From Calothrix sp. C42_A2020_038 (GTDB taxonomy: Bacteria > Cyanobacteriota > Cyanobacteriia > Cyanobacteriales > Nostocaceae), in contig JACYLQ010000016.1 in the NCBI GenBank assembly GCA_015272395.1, positions 53,385 to 117,384 on the forward strand: 64,000 nucleotides of DNA, read 5' to 3'. The notes below the pieces were generated by a model. It did not search any database. It saw only the letters and a program-made list of their open reading frames with translations, and was not told the origin of the DNA. The stretch's first letter is position 1; every line of letters begins with the position of its first letter. Both the position numbers and the translations under genes were made by a program. Positions 10,690 through 21,068 of the stretch are shown here, in pieces.

Positions 10690-11844
10690 TCACCACTTAC
10701 AAACCTCTCCAAGTAAGGTTTCATATCTAGCACCGGTAACACTGGGTAAATTTCCAGGACAACCAATTTGGCGCCAATATGCTAAAACAGCAAAAGCAAT
10801 TGCTTCTTTAAAATCAGCATTTATTCCAACTTCGTCAGTGGTTGTAACGGGAATTGGTTCTAAAAGTGCTTTTAACCGCTGTTTTAGATAAAGATTACGA
10901 CTACCACCACCACATAGCAGTACCCGTTGTGGCATTTGCGCGAGGAAGTTGCGGTAATTATAAACGATTGAGGCAGCAGTCAGTTCGGTTAAAGTAGCTA
11001 AAAAATCGGCAGGACTTAATTGATAAGCTTGTGCTTCATAAAAACACTGTTTGACATAATCAACACCGAATAACTCACGTCCAGTTGATTTTGGTGGTGG
11101 CGCCTGAAAATATTCATGTTGTAGCCATTTTTCGACTAAAGGTTGACAAATATGACCACTGGAAGCCCATTCGCCATTTTCGTCATAGTTTTTAGTGCTA
11201 TCGCTTAATTGGTTTACAGCCAAGTCAAGCAAGCTATTTCCAGGACCGGTATCCCAACCACGAATTTGCGATAGCCAGTCACCATGTCGGGCTGGTATAA
11301 AAGTCACATTACCAATACCGCCAATGTTTTGAATGCAACGTGCTTCATCCAGATGAGCTAGCAAAGCAGCATCAATTCGCGGTACAAGTGGCGCCCCTTG
11401 ACCACCAGCAGCAATATCAGCGGCACGAAAATTACAAACAGTGGTAATACCAGTTAGGGCAGCAATTAAGGCGCCGCGACCAAGTTGTAAACTATAACCA
11501 AGATTTGTGTCGTCAACTTCAACCACCGAACTTGGTGGTCGATGATACACAGTCTGACCATGAGAACCAATAAGCGTAGCGCTTTCGTGTATGCTTTGAA
11601 TATTCAAAGCAGCTTCGGCAAAAGCTTGGGCAATAGCATCGTCAAGAAAAGCCAATTCAGCCATTGAGATAGCCTCACCCGCACATACACTTAAGATACG
11701 TTCTCGAAGTTGGGTTGGATAAGGATAAGTAGCTTTTGCAACTAACTCAACTTGAATATCTAAATCTTGACCAGAAATATCTACTAAGGCAGCATCAATA
11801 CCATCGACTGACGTACCACTCATTAAACCTATTACGCGCGTCAT
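10690..11844 (-). CDS. anmK: anhydro-N-acetylmuramic acid kinase
   Basis: 384 aa. The N-terminal [16 protein letters not shown] and the overall AnmK pattern are present. Confidence 0.9.
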   Translation of the reverse strand: MTRVIGLMSGTSVDGIDAALVDISGQDLDIQVELVAKATYPYPTQLRERILSVCAGEAISMAELAFLDDAIAQAFAEAALNIQSIHESATLIGSHGQTVYHRPPSSVVEVDDTNLGYSLQLGRGALIAALTGITTVCNFRAADIAAGGQGAPLVPRIDAALLAHLDEARCIQNIGGIGNVTFIPARHGDWLSQIRGWDTGPGNSLLDLAVNQLSDSTKNYDENGEWASSGHICQPLVEKWLQHEYFQAPPPKSTGRELFGVDYVKQCFYEAQAYQLSPADFLATLTELTAASIVYNYRNFLAQMPQRVLLCGGGSRNLYLKQRLKALLEPIPVTTTDEVGINADFKEAIAFAVLAYWRQIGCPGNLPSVTGARYETLLGEVCKW

Positions 11845-11849
11845 TTGAA

Positions 11850-11870
11850 TTTTAGATTTTAGATTTTAGA
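11850..11870. repeat. heptanucleotide tandem repeat (TTTTAGA)x3
   Basis: Three perfect heptamers sit between the purN stop and the anmK start. The same family occurs at 51071-51135, 56981-57022 and 60644-60684. Confidence 0.8.
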
Positions 11871-11925
11871 TTATCGGTAGATGCTCGGCTTAAATTTCCG
11901 ATATTGGAAACCAGCAAAATTATAG

Positions 11926-12597
11926 CTAAAACTTCAACAATTGTTTTTGTATCGCCAGCGATATTGCAGCAGGCAAAATTCGGTGTTCTTGAACTTGAAT
12001 TCGTTGATGAAGCGTTGTGGTTGTATCGTTAGGGAACACGGGTACTGCTGCCTGCATCAAAATTGGCCCATCATCTACTTCTAAACGCACTATATGTACC
12101 GTACATCCGGTAATCTTTACACCACTCGATAACGCTTGTTCAACTGCACGGGCACCTTTAAAACTGGGTAACAAACTCGGATGAATATTAATAATTTTAT
12201 CAGTGTATGCATCAATTAACACTTGCGTAACTATTCGCATCCAGCCAGCCATTACAATCCAATCAACATTGTACTTTTTGAAAGTTTGTACAATTTTCGC
12301 ATCTAAATCTTCACGACTATTGTAGTCACGATGATTTAATAGCACTGCTGGGATATTCCAATCAGCAGCACGTACCGCTGCGTATGCATCAGGATTATTA
12401 TAAATCAAAACCTGAATTCGCGCGTTGAGTTGTCCATTTTGAATAGCTTGGGCAACTGCCTCAAAATTACTGCCACTACCCGAAGCTAAAACTCCCAGTC
12501 GAAAGGGGGTATCCTCTAAGTTGTTACTACGTGAGGTAACTTTAATACTTGGCGAAACTAGGCTATTAGTATCAACATCAGGAGTCATGGTAGGCAT
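11926..12597 (-). CDS. purN: phosphoribosylglycinamide formyltransferase
   Basis: Motifs GVLASGSGSNFEA and NIHPSLLPSFKG are present. The ~35-aa N-terminal extension makes the exact start uncertain. Confidence 0.88.
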   Translation of the reverse strand: MPTMTPDVDTNSLVSPSIKVTSRSNNLEDTPFRLGVLASGSGSNFEAVAQAIQNGQLNARIQVLIYNNPDAYAAVRAADWNIPAVLLNHRDYNSREDLDAKIVQTFKKYNVDWIVMAGWMRIVTQVLIDAYTDKIINIHPSLLPSFKGARAVEQALSSGVKITGCTVHIVRLEVDDGPILMQAAVPVFPNDTTTTLHQRIQVQEHRILPAAISLAIQKQLLKF

Positions 12598-12690
12598 CGG
12601 CGTAGAAGCACAAGAAGCATAATAAACAGGATTGTACAGCGGTTGTGCATGGTATGTATACGATTCTCAAATCAAAAATTAATAGAATAC

Positions 12691-12732
12691 GACATATTGT
12701 CAAACAAAAATATTTATGTTTGACAATATGTC
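12691..12732. promoter_or_regulatory. perfect 16-bp inverted repeat (candidate operator) in the purN / TonB-receptor divergent promoter region
   Basis: GACATATTGTCAAACA (12691-12706), a 10-nt spacer, then TGTTTGACAATATGTC (12717-12732). Each arm contains TTGACA reading outward. Confidence 0.5.
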
Positions 12733-12891
12733 ATAGTTTAAATTGTTATGAAAGCCACTTATTTTTTATGCAAAAGCTTGACATAATTTTGCACTATCGT
12801 TAATCTTTTTTACTAGAATTGGATGTAAAAAAACTGCAAATACAATTTGAAAAATCAGGTTCTTAAAAATTTATTTTCTCAGGAGGAAATA

Positions 12892-14985
12892 GTGAAATTT
12901 TTGCATATCTACCCCATTGTATTAATGAGTTTACTCATTGATATGCCTGGATTTGGTGTTGAAAAAAATCAAAATGATATTGCCAATGAAAAGCAATCAA
13001 AGATAATTGATTTGAGTGAAGTTCAACAACCATTAAAAGAAGCAAGCTTATTAATTTTCAGTACAAATAATCCAATACAAAAAGAGCCAAATTTAGAACA
13101 AATAGCTGACAAACTAATACAAAAAAATGATGAATCTCAAGATAATTCTGAGATTAATCTAGAAGCAATTGGAGAAAAAGACACATTACCACAATCTACA
13201 CCGACTTACGTTATTGACAAAGAAGAAATCCAAAAGCAAGGCGCCACGAGTGTTGCTGATGTCTTAAAGCGAATGCCTGGGTTTGCCATTAATGATGTCG
13301 GACATGGCGCCGACATTCATACCGGGACATACTATCGCGGCGCCTCAATTAATCAAACTGTTATTTTGATTAACGGTAGACCGATTAATACCAATATTAA
13401 TACTTACCACGGCGCCACTGATTTAAATAGTATTCCAGTAGAAGCAATTGACCGAGTAGAATTATATAGCGGTGCCGCCACATCCTTGTATGGTTCCTCA
13501 ACTTTTGGAGGAATAGTAAATATTATTACAAAGCAAGGTACTACTACACCTAGATTTAATGCTGCTGCGGAATTTGGCTCATTAAATTTGAACAACCAAC
13601 AATCAAGTTATAGTGGTGGCAGTGAGAATGTTAGATACAATCTGAGTTTTGAGCGCTTTTTTATAGACAACCGCTATAAAGTACCCGTAGGTGCGGCCAA
13701 CCGAGATGCAAGTGGCAATTTATTCAACGCTGATACCGCTACTAGTACTTATTTTGGTAGCCTCGCTGTAGATTTAGATAAGAAAAATACCGTTAACCTA
13801 GACGTAAAAGTTTTAAGTAGTCGTCGCGGTTTGATATATTTTGGTTTTCCACTCCAGCGAGATAGATTAGACCATGATGGATTAGATATTGGCTTGTCTT
13901 GGAAATCACAATTAGCCAAAGGTTCTAATTTAACTACCACTTTTGGCTATAACCGAGACTACTTTAATACCTATGGTCCAACTGGAGCATTTTATCGCAT
14001 AGGAACATTAGACACACAGCAGTTTACAGGTAGAGTTGAACATGAATGGCAAGTTACCTCTAACAACCAACTTCGCTGGGGTTTAGATGTTAAAAATACT
14101 AACTTGAATAGCCTTGCCGATAGCACACTACCCAGTAGAATTGCATTGAATGAAACCGAAGATAGAAGTTTGTTCAATACAGCATTATTCGCTGTTAATA
14201 CTTTCAATATAAGTAATACTTTTCAAGTTGATTTAGGTTTACGTCAAAACTTTGACTCACTGTTTGGCAGCTATCTTAACCCAAGTGGAGGATTAAGATA
14301 TGCCATAACACCTAATCTAGCTTTGCGTGGTAGCTTGGCTTATGGACAACGCAACCCAGGTTTAGACCAACTATATACATACGATACTGTACATGGTTGG
14401 CTACCAAACTCAAATTTGGAGCCAGAAACAGGTACATCTTGGACTGCGGGAGTTGATGTCAACTTTTCTCAAGATATAATCGGTCAATTTACTTATTTCG
14501 GTAGCAGTGTCGATAACAGACTTGGTATTATTCAGGGACAATGGCAAAATATCGGCTTGGTGGATACTAACGGTTTTGAAACTGCATTACGAATGAAAGT
14601 TGCGCGCGACTGGTCAACTTTTGTCAACTACACTTACACAGATGCTCAAATCAAAACCGGTACACAGAGAGGTTTGCAGTTAGGTTTAATTCCTTACTCT
14701 TTAGTTCAAGCAGGAGTTGGATACGGAAAAAACGGCTGGCAAGCTAATTTGTACGCTACCTACAACAGTGGTGCCCGTCGCGCGTTTTTTACCAGACCTG
14801 GGGAAAAAACTACAGATTTTTCGCCATCTTACTTTAACCTAGACTTTAGCGCTCGTGTGCCTGTTACTCAAACCTTGGGTTTGACATTTTACTTAGAAAA
14901 CTTATTCGGCGAACAATACGAAAAAGTAAATCGAATTTATAGTCCTGGTTTCACATTCCGTGTTGGTTTAACTTCTAGCATATAA
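12892..14985 (+). CDS. TonB-dependent outer-membrane receptor
   Basis: Plug-domain motifs (SVADVLKRMPGF, RGASINQTVILINGRP), a beta-barrel with a terminal aromatic region, and a signal-like N-terminus. GTG at 12892 is chosen because AGGAGG lies at 12881-12886; the track starts at TTG 12847. Confidence 0.85.
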   Translation: MKFLHIYPIVLMSLLIDMPGFGVEKNQNDIANEKQSKIIDLSEVQQPLKEASLLIFSTNNPIQKEPNLEQIADKLIQKNDESQDNSEINLEAIGEKDTLPQSTPTYVIDKEEIQKQGATSVADVLKRMPGFAINDVGHGADIHTGTYYRGASINQTVILINGRPINTNINTYHGATDLNSIPVEAIDRVELYSGAATSLYGSSTFGGIVNIITKQGTTTPRFNAAAEFGSLNLNNQQSSYSGGSENVRYNLSFERFFIDNRYKVPVGAANRDASGNLFNADTATSTYFGSLAVDLDKKNTVNLDVKVLSSRRGLIYFGFPLQRDRLDHDGLDIGLSWKSQLAKGSNLTTTFGYNRDYFNTYGPTGAFYRIGTLDTQQFTGRVEHEWQVTSNNQLRWGLDVKNTNLNSLADSTLPSRIALNETEDRSLFNTALFAVNTFNISNTFQVDLGLRQNFDSLFGSYLNPSGGLRYAITPNLALRGSLAYGQRNPGLDQLYTYDTVHGWLPNSNLEPETGTSWTAGVDVNFSQDIIGQFTYFGSSVDNRLGIIQGQWQNIGLVDTNGFETALRMKVARDWSTFVNYTYTDAQIKTGTQRGLQLGLIPYSLVQAGVGYGKNGWQANLYATYNSGARRAFFTRPGEKTTDFSPSYFNLDFSARVPVTQTLGLTFYLENLFGEQYEKVNRIYSPGFTFRVGLTSSI

Positions 14986-15035
14986 GCACCACTCTGTTAT
15001 GGGGTAAGTGCAAATTTCTTGTGGAGTGGGATCCT

Positions 15036-15063
15036 TGCCTGCCCTGACATAAAAGGGCAGGCA
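15036..15063. terminator. hairpin between convergent genes
   Basis: TGCCTGCCCT (15036-15045) and AGGGCAGGCA (15054-15063) form a perfect 10-bp GC-rich stem with an 8-nt loop. It lies between the TonB receptor stop and the stop of the 15156-15659 gene. Confidence 0.45.
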
Positions 15064-15155
15064 TTGAAATTGGGGCTAAATTGAGAGTTTTCTAGATAAT
15101 ACGCTTGTTGCGCCCGATTTGCAGCTACATAAGTTCGAGCGCTAGGGACATTACT

Positions 15156-15659
15156 CTAACTTGAACCATTACCAGGTACTAACTCCACACCTTCAGGTAA
15201 TGCTGTTGAATCTGAAATTTTTTCAAAAATTGTACCGTTGTTTTTGAATTGTGTTGGTCTTGGTATTCCTGGGTCAGTACCTTCTAGTTGCATCCGCATC
15301 TTACCATCGACAGTATATTCAAAAATTGTTTGTACTGGTTTATTTTTTCTTGGTAAGAAAACATCAAGATGCATTGGTTTGAGTACTGAATTTATCTTAT
15401 ACTGTAATTCCGTCGCAGTCCGCTTCTGGTTGGGAATTGCTGGTGCCACTATAAATAGTTTGCCATCAGGGGCAAAAATAAAAGTGAGCGACATCTCATC
15501 CTCCTTTACTTCCCACGCTCCTAAAAGGTTTTGGTTTGCTTGAGTTGTGCTATTTGCTGGCGAGGTCTGCGCGTATGAAGGTGCTAAATTTGGAACAATT
15601 AAACTTGTGCTACATAGTGTCAGCAATAAGATAACAGAAGGTAATTGACGCATAATCAT
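15156..15659 (-). CDS. secreted hypothetical protein
   Basis: 167 aa with a clear signal peptide (LPSVILLLTLCSTSLIVPNLAPSYA). No catalytic motif recognised. Confidence 0.6.
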   Translation of the reverse strand: MIMRQLPSVILLLTLCSTSLIVPNLAPSYAQTSPANSTTQANQNLLGAWEVKEDEMSLTFIFAPDGKLFIVAPAIPNQKRTATELQYKINSVLKPMHLDVFLPRKNKPVQTIFEYTVDGKMRMQLEGTDPGIPRPTQFKNNGTIFEKISDSTALPEGVELVPGNGSS

Positions 15660-15711
15660 AATTTTTAATGATAAAAATACTTAAAATTCTAAGTAATTTT
15701 TTTACTTTAAT

Positions 15712-16623
15712 ATGAAAACACCTACAGACCGTTCTATCATAACCTCATCCAAAACAAAAGAGCATCTTTTAGACAATGATGTGGTAGCTGCATGGATATT
15801 TCTGGCGCCTGCGTTGATATTGCTAGGGTTATTTATCATTTATCCCATTGCGTACTTGTTCTATCTCAGCTTCACCGCAGGTAGTTTTACCTCACGCGGT
15901 ACTTACTGGGTAGGTTTAAAAAATTACTTACGTTTAGCACTCAATCCTGATTTTTGGCAAGTAATATTTAATACAGTTTATTTCACCATTGCCACCGTCA
16001 TTCCAAGCTTAATTATCCCATTAGGACTTGCAGTATTACTCAACCGCAGTATGGTACTACGTGGAGTATTACGAACAACATATTTTTTACCCTCGATAGT
16101 CTCACTAGTTGCCGCAGGTTTAGGTTTTCGCTGGCTATTTCAAACCGATGGGCCAGTAAACGGTTTTTTAAGTAATTTCGGAGTTGCACCAATACCTTGG
16201 TTAGGAAACACATTTTGGGCAATGCCAGTGTTAATTCTTTTAAGCATATGGAAACAACTAGGCTTTAACATGGTAGTCTTCCTAGCTGGGCTACAAACAA
16301 TTCCACCCAGTCGCTATGAAGCTGCCGAACTTGATGGCGCCAACGCATGGCAACAATTTTGGCACGTCACACTACCAGGTTTACGACCAACGTTAATTTT
16401 TGTTATCATCACCACTGTTATATTTACCCTGCGAAGTTTTGAACAAGTTTATGTCATGACAGGTGGAGGTCCGCTCAACTCCACAAACCTACTAGTTTTT
16501 TACATCTATCAAGAAGCTTTTGCTCAATTTGACTTTGGTTACGCCGCTGCTGCCGCAACCGTATTACTAGCAATCACATTAATACTAGTCTATTTACAAC
16601 TAAGAACCTGGACAGAAGACTAA
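15712..16623 (+). CDS. ABC transporter permease, carbohydrate (MalF/UgpA-like) type
   Basis: Six TM segments and an EAA-loop-like YEAAELDGANAWQQFWHVTLPGLRP. No adjacent partner genes. Confidence 0.85.
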   Translation: MKTPTDRSIITSSKTKEHLLDNDVVAAWIFLAPALILLGLFIIYPIAYLFYLSFTAGSFTSRGTYWVGLKNYLRLALNPDFWQVIFNTVYFTIATVIPSLIIPLGLAVLLNRSMVLRGVLRTTYFLPSIVSLVAAGLGFRWLFQTDGPVNGFLSNFGVAPIPWLGNTFWAMPVLILLSIWKQLGFNMVVFLAGLQTIPPSRYEAAELDGANAWQQFWHVTLPGLRPTLIFVIITTVIFTLRSFEQVYVMTGGGPLNSTNLLVFYIYQEAFAQFDFGYAAAAATVLLAITLILVYLQLRTWTED

Positions 16624-16736
16624 AAAACTCTTGTAAACACTAACGATGCAGGCTTAACAGTTGAAGAATTTATCGAATTGCTAAGAAATACTTAAAACAA
16701 AAAGTAGCTAAAATCGCACTTTTTTATCGCACTTTT

Positions 16737-17441
16737 TTAAAGTGGACGCTGTGTTGGTACACCTACCGCGCGCGGATATTTTACAGGTGTATGTGAGACT
16801 TTTCGCAAGTAAATACAGTGACGAATACTGTTGGTTAATGGTGTTGTAAATTCTTCGATGTCTTCAATTACACCACCTAGTTCTTCAACTGCATTTCCTA
16901 GGGCAAGGTTTTCTTCTGGCGCCCAAGTTCCGCGATAAATAACAGCCAAACCATTTTGTTTGAGCAAGGGTAAAGCATACTCAGCGCAAACAGTCACTGC
17001 AGCAACTGCACGAATTAAAGCGACATCATATTTTTCACGATGCAGTCGCATTTGACCAATTTCTTCTGCCCTACCTGTAATTGTCCTGATATTGTTTACA
17101 TTTAATTCGGTTAATGTTTTTTCGATAAAAGTAATCTTTTTCTGCGTTGAATCCAGTAAATCAACAGTACAATTAGCTACTGTGATTGCAGTAGGAATAC
17201 CAGGAAAGCCGGCGCCTGTTCCTATGTCAATTACAACTAATTTCTTACTCGTTCCCAAAAATTGTTTAATTCCCCGTAAACAATCCCACAAATGTTTTTC
17301 CCAAAATTCTTCAGGTTCTGTAATGCGGGTAAGGTTTAGTTGACGGTTGCCAGCGAGAATTAATTCATATAACCGCTGAAATAAAGATTGTTGTTGAGGA
17401 GTCGGTTGCCAGTCGAGGGTTTGGCGCCAGATATCGGTCAT
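16737..17441 (-). CDS. rsmG: 16S rRNA (guanine527-N7)-methyltransferase
   Basis: The SAM-binding motif VIDIGTGAGFPGIP and the RsmG pattern are present. ATG at 17441 (MTDIWRQ...) is preferred; the track ORF extends to 17573. Confidence 0.85.
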   Translation of the reverse strand: MTDIWRQTLDWQPTPQQQSLFQRLYELILAGNRQLNLTRITEPEEFWEKHLWDCLRGIKQFLGTSKKLVVIDIGTGAGFPGIPTAITVANCTVDLLDSTQKKITFIEKTLTELNVNNIRTITGRAEEIGQMRLHREKYDVALIRAVAAVTVCAEYALPLLKQNGLAVIYRGTWAPEENLALGNAVEELGGVIEDIEEFTTPLTNSIRHCIYLRKVSHTPVKYPRAVGVPTQRPL

Positions 17442-17578
17442 TTCTGGCAATTTAGGCGGTCCTTGGTTGTCACGGACTACACGATATGTCCAACTCATGA
17501 TTACTATCCCTCTTGTCCACGAAAGAAAACTATTAAATTTTACGGTATCTTGATGAATGGTTGTAGGCATCATGCACC

Positions 17579-19012
17579 CTACAGGGTTTTTACGGTTAGG
17601 ACGTGGGGTGGTGTGGAGTCTGGGGGATAAATTAAGTCTACTTGGACTTGGCGCCGCGTGTTTGCTGGGATTGTTAATTTAACTAGTGGTTCAAGAACTT
17701 GCGCGGTTCGGTGCCATAGGTGTACATAACGAGTGGTTTGTTTGCCTTGGTCATCGGTATATTTAACTCGGACTGTACCTCGGAAAAAGGGAAAGTCTAG
17801 CGAGGGTTGACGAAAGCGTAAGTTACCTTTAGATAATTTGTCTTCTTTGAATGGTGTTTCTAAAGTAATGCCTACAGTTTGCGTTTGATTTGTATTGTTG
17901 TGTAATGGCAAATTTAGTTTATATTCAATCGCATAATTACCGTGCGCTTCGTATGCGGTATCAGGGTAACGTACTAGCATTTTTGCTGTTTGGTTTTGTT
18001 CTGTACCTAAACGACCTCCTCGCAATGTCACCAAACCGTAAGAAATAGTTTTTCCTTGTGGGGGAATTTTGAGGAGTGTAGAATTTGGATCCGAGAGTGT
18101 TGCTAACCATTGTGAACCTTGTGATACTCCCGCTACACGTCCATATATTAATTGTCCACCTACTGCATCGGGAGGTGTCGGGGTTTTGTCGCGCGGGCCT
18201 GCAAAGTTTCCGGTGTTTAGTAAATTTTGCCATTCTGCAAGAGTTGGCGCCCGTTCGCTACCATCATTATTTTTACGAGCAAACATTGCCATGCTAGCAG
18301 CGTATATTTTGCCATTACTTTGCAACCGCATAAAACTAGAACGACCATTTACTGGTTTTTCTAGTCCACGCACGGATATTGAACCGTTCATTAACATTCG
18401 GTATGACCGTGGTGGAATTACTAGCTTGGCTGAAAATTCTTTGTGACGTATTCCCCGTAATACATCCGCAACTGCTCTGGCACCAGGACCTGAAAAAGTT
18501 TTACCGTCGTTGTTTTCAATATATGAAGATAAAGTTACGAACGGCGCCTCTGTCATCAAATAACTAGCTGCTTGCAGTACATTTACAGTTACTGGTTTAT
18601 TACTAGGGTTATGCAGAATCACCCCAATATATAGGGTTTGTAAGTCTTTAGGAGTGTGTGTGTAATGGTGCGCGAATAAATCAAACCGTCCTTGAAAGGG
18701 AAAATTGAGGTGTACTGTTGGTACTTTTTTACCAGTTGAAGGAAATGTAGAAAGTAAAATTCCCTCTGTTTTTATCCATTCTGGACTATTACTGTTGAAA
18801 ACAGGTACTGTATCCAGCTTGCCGGGTAACGCGCGCACTTCTCCAGACTGGATAATTTCTTGTGGTGCTGGTTTGGGTGTTTGAGCTACTTTTGTCGCGT
18901 TCGCGCGAGGCGTTTGAGTTTGTAAAGATGTTGTAATACATCCAAAACTATGTGTTGTAAGCGTAAATAAAAATATTAATAATGGCTTTACTATGAGCAA
19001 GCGACTCGACAT
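17579..19012 (-). CDS. secreted hypothetical protein (cyanobacterial conserved family, tentatively DUF3370-like)
   Basis: 477 aa with a signal peptide and no catalytic motif. The family name comes from memory only. Confidence 0.55.
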   Translation of the reverse strand: MSSRLLIVKPLLIFLFTLTTHSFGCITTSLQTQTPRANATKVAQTPKPAPQEIIQSGEVRALPGKLDTVPVFNSNSPEWIKTEGILLSTFPSTGKKVPTVHLNFPFQGRFDLFAHHYTHTPKDLQTLYIGVILHNPSNKPVTVNVLQAASYLMTEAPFVTLSSYIENNDGKTFSGPGARAVADVLRGIRHKEFSAKLVIPPRSYRMLMNGSISVRGLEKPVNGRSSFMRLQSNGKIYAASMAMFARKNNDGSERAPTLAEWQNLLNTGNFAGPRDKTPTPPDAVGGQLIYGRVAGVSQGSQWLATLSDPNSTLLKIPPQGKTISYGLVTLRGGRLGTEQNQTAKMLVRYPDTAYEAHGNYAIEYKLNLPLHNNTNQTQTVGITLETPFKEDKLSKGNLRFRQPSLDFPFFRGTVRVKYTDDQGKQTTRYVHLWHRTAQVLEPLVKLTIPANTRRQVQVDLIYPPDSTPPHVLTVKTL

Positions 19013-19137
19013 AAGTAGATATTATTAATGAGGCTTAAGTGTAAAAGATGACTACCTTCATCTACAAGTTCCGTTAAAAAGATTCCCGACGCGCGCAGAA
19101 GTTGTCGGGAATCTAGGGAGATATAAATATTACAAGA

Positions 19138-19569
19138 TTACAAGTAGTTGAAAAATTGTTCAGGTACTAATCTTAATTCTCCTGACTTAAAGCGATTAAT
19201 ATCAACCCAAACAGCTACTTTTTTACGTTCCCCTTCGGTAAATTCTTGACGTTCAAGCTGATAATACTTGGGGTCAACAAAATCACATTCGTATAGCTGA
19301 ATTATTTCATGCCCTGGTTTGCCATTGTAGGTAAATATATTCTCTAAACATCCCAGGTAGCGAATGTTTTTTAATTCGGCTTGGATTTCTTCTTGAAATT
19401 CGCGCTGAAGTGCTTCCAAACTAGTTTCACCAAAGTCAACTCCTCCACCCATCGCGCGATAGAAGGTAATCTGTTTCGCAGGGTCATAGCCCTCAGAAAC
19501 AAATATCTTGTTGGCACTATTGCGAATTAAACCTAGGGCGATGAGACGGATTTCTCCTTCTTTATGCAT
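19138..19569 (-). CDS. NUDIX hydrolase
   Basis: Contains the Nudix box GGGVDFGETSLEALQREFQEEIQ. Confidence 0.85.
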   Translation of the reverse strand: MHKEGEIRLIALGLIRNSANKIFVSEGYDPAKQITFYRAMGGGVDFGETSLEALQREFQEEIQAELKNIRYLGCLENIFTYNGKPGHEIIQLYECDFVDPKYYQLERQEFTEGERKKVAVWVDINRFKSGELRLVPEQFFNYL

Positions 19570-19608
19570 TATTCTTTAAATCAAATTGCAACAAATCAAA
19601 CAAAAGTA

Positions 19609-20061
19609 CTAGTTATCGTAAATAAAAGAGGGACGGCTATCACTTTCTTCAACCGACCAATCTTCATTTTCCCCGCCAATATATAATACTTCGAGAATTA
19701 CGTATTCTTCGCTTAGTTGAGTCAGAGCATTGATGAGAATATCTAATGCGATAGCATCACTAGTACCTAGGTCAAACCAGCAACGTCCCCATTGTCCTTC
19801 ATATTCAAATTCACCCATATTATGCATGAGTGCCTTCAGGCTTTTGTCGTAACCATCCTGCTCATAGGTCATGTAGCTCAGTTCCAGTCCAGTTTCCTGA
19901 ACTTGGAGATTTTCAGCATTAAAGGCGCCTAACTTGCCCAGATAAAACCAAGAGCTAAAAACCTCTTCAACGAATTCTTTTTCACGTTGCGATGGTATGG
20001 TAGTGAATTTAAACCAAATCCAAGTATCAAAAGGGTTAAATTCGCGGAACTGTACAAGCAT
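19609..20061 (-). CDS. hypothetical protein conserved in cyanobacteria/plastid lineages (tentatively DUF3531-like)
   Basis: 150-aa acidic protein. The family assignment comes from memory only. Confidence 0.55.
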   Translation of the reverse strand: MLVQFREFNPFDTWIWFKFTTIPSQREKEFVEEVFSSWFYLGKLGAFNAENLQVQETGLELSYMTYEQDGYDKSLKALMHNMGEFEYEGQWGRCWFDLGTSDAIALDILINALTQLSEEYVILEVLYIGGENEDWSVEESDSRPSFIYDN

Positions 20062-20129
20062 AGGGAATGGGGAATAGAAATATTATTAATTATTAAGTAC
20101 ATTATGCCCAATTCCCAATCCCCTATTGT

Positions 20130-21068
20130 TTATTTGCCAAGATTAGCGATACTGTTATCGGCATTACGGCGCTCACGCTCAATTTGCTTGACTAAACCAG
20201 AGGGAAGTTGAGATTTCCTAGTCAAAGCTTGATCAAAAAAACTTACAGCTTCGCGCATCATCTGAGGATTTTTGTCTTTGTTGGCTTTCGCCCGCAAAAT
20301 TTGTGCCTTCAGATAGTGTATCTCTGGGTTATCTGGTGTTGCTTTTAATGCTCTATCGACATATTCGAGTGCTTGAGGGTATTGTTTCAAGTCACGATAG
20401 GCAATGGCAATACCTCTATCGGCAAGAAACTGGGGGGCTGCATTTTTCTCTAGACGTTGGATAGCTTGAGATGGGTCGGCAAATGGCAAGTTAACAGCTA
20501 ACATCAAGTCCATGTAACCTTTTAATAAATTTAGCTCTGGGTCTTGGGGAGATAACGCTTCTGCTTTATCTAGAAGTTCGTAGACTTTCCGTAAGCGACT
20601 TAAAGCAGCTGGCGCCCCCGAAACTGTTCCTTGACGGCTAAGAACAACAGCACCTCCTAAAAACTGTCCGACTGCTGCATATAAATTTCCCCGTAAAGGG
20701 TCACTAGGAATTAACTTTTCAGCAACTGCCAGGGTTTTCTGACTGTAGTTGTCAAGACCAGCAATATCATTATTTGTGTACGCTAAAGATGCTTTCATTG
20801 CATAGGCGAGTGGTTCATTGGGTTCAGTCGTTATTGCTTTTTGCAAAAAGCGGTCAGCAGATTGATAATCTCCTTGCAGGAAAATCGCTTTGAATGCAGC
20901 TTCTGTATTGTCGCCAATGTTACGTGGTTGACTGTTACGAAATGGATCTGCTGCAAAGGCGCCATTTAGCGTGGTAGTAAAAGTAACGACTACTGCTAAT
21001 CCTGCACTTGCTATTTTTGTGAGATTGAGAGCGTAAATTGATTGTGGAGAAAAAATCCGCTTGCCCAT
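20130..21068 (-). CDS. secreted TPR-repeat protein
   Basis: Signal peptide followed by TPR-like repeats. ATG at 21068 is chosen because GAGGAA lies 5 nt upstream; the track starts at TTG 21098. Confidence 0.7.
   Translation of the reverse strand: MGKRIFSPQSIYALNLTKIASAGLAVVVTFTTTLNGAFAADPFRNSQPRNIGDNTEAAFKAIFLQGDYQSADRFLQKAITTEPNEPLAYAMKASLAYTNNDIAGLDNYSQKTLAVAEKLIPSDPLRGNLYAAVGQFLGGAVVLSRQGTVSGAPAALSRLRKVYELLDKAEALSPQDPELNLLKGYMDLMLAVNLPFADPSQAIQRLEKNAAPQFLADRGIAIAYRDLKQYPQALEYVDRALKATPDNPEIHYLKAQILRAKANKDKNPQMMREAVSFFDQALTRKSQLPSGLVKQIERERRNADNSIANLGK

Noticed and set aside
16737-17573. N-terminal extensions in the ORF track for rsmG, rph (to 49539), the fraH-like gene (to 47698), creatininase (from 36054), the cobO-like gene (from 50507), 27481-28500 and 53848-54450
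   Set aside because: The extensions start at TTG/GTG or add non-homologous, Cys/Phe/Arg-rich residues. In one case the extension overlaps the divergent neighbour. Internal ATGs that restore family-typical N-termini (some with a visible RBS) were chosen instead, but the starts remain unverified.
18069-18446. Long antisense ORFs inside confident genes. Examples: 18069-18446 (125 aa), 33069-33407 (112 aa), 22312-22647 (111 aa), 45693-46013 (106 aa), 42925-43236 (103 aa), 8536-8844 (102 aa), 15238-15543 (101 aa) and 47208-47471 (a Gly-rich mirror of the Pro-rich linker).
   Set aside because: Each lies fully within a gene that has strong family motifs on the other strand. Their composition (Ser/Arg/Cys/Leu-rich, or Gly-rich opposite Pro codons) is typical of shadow ORFs.
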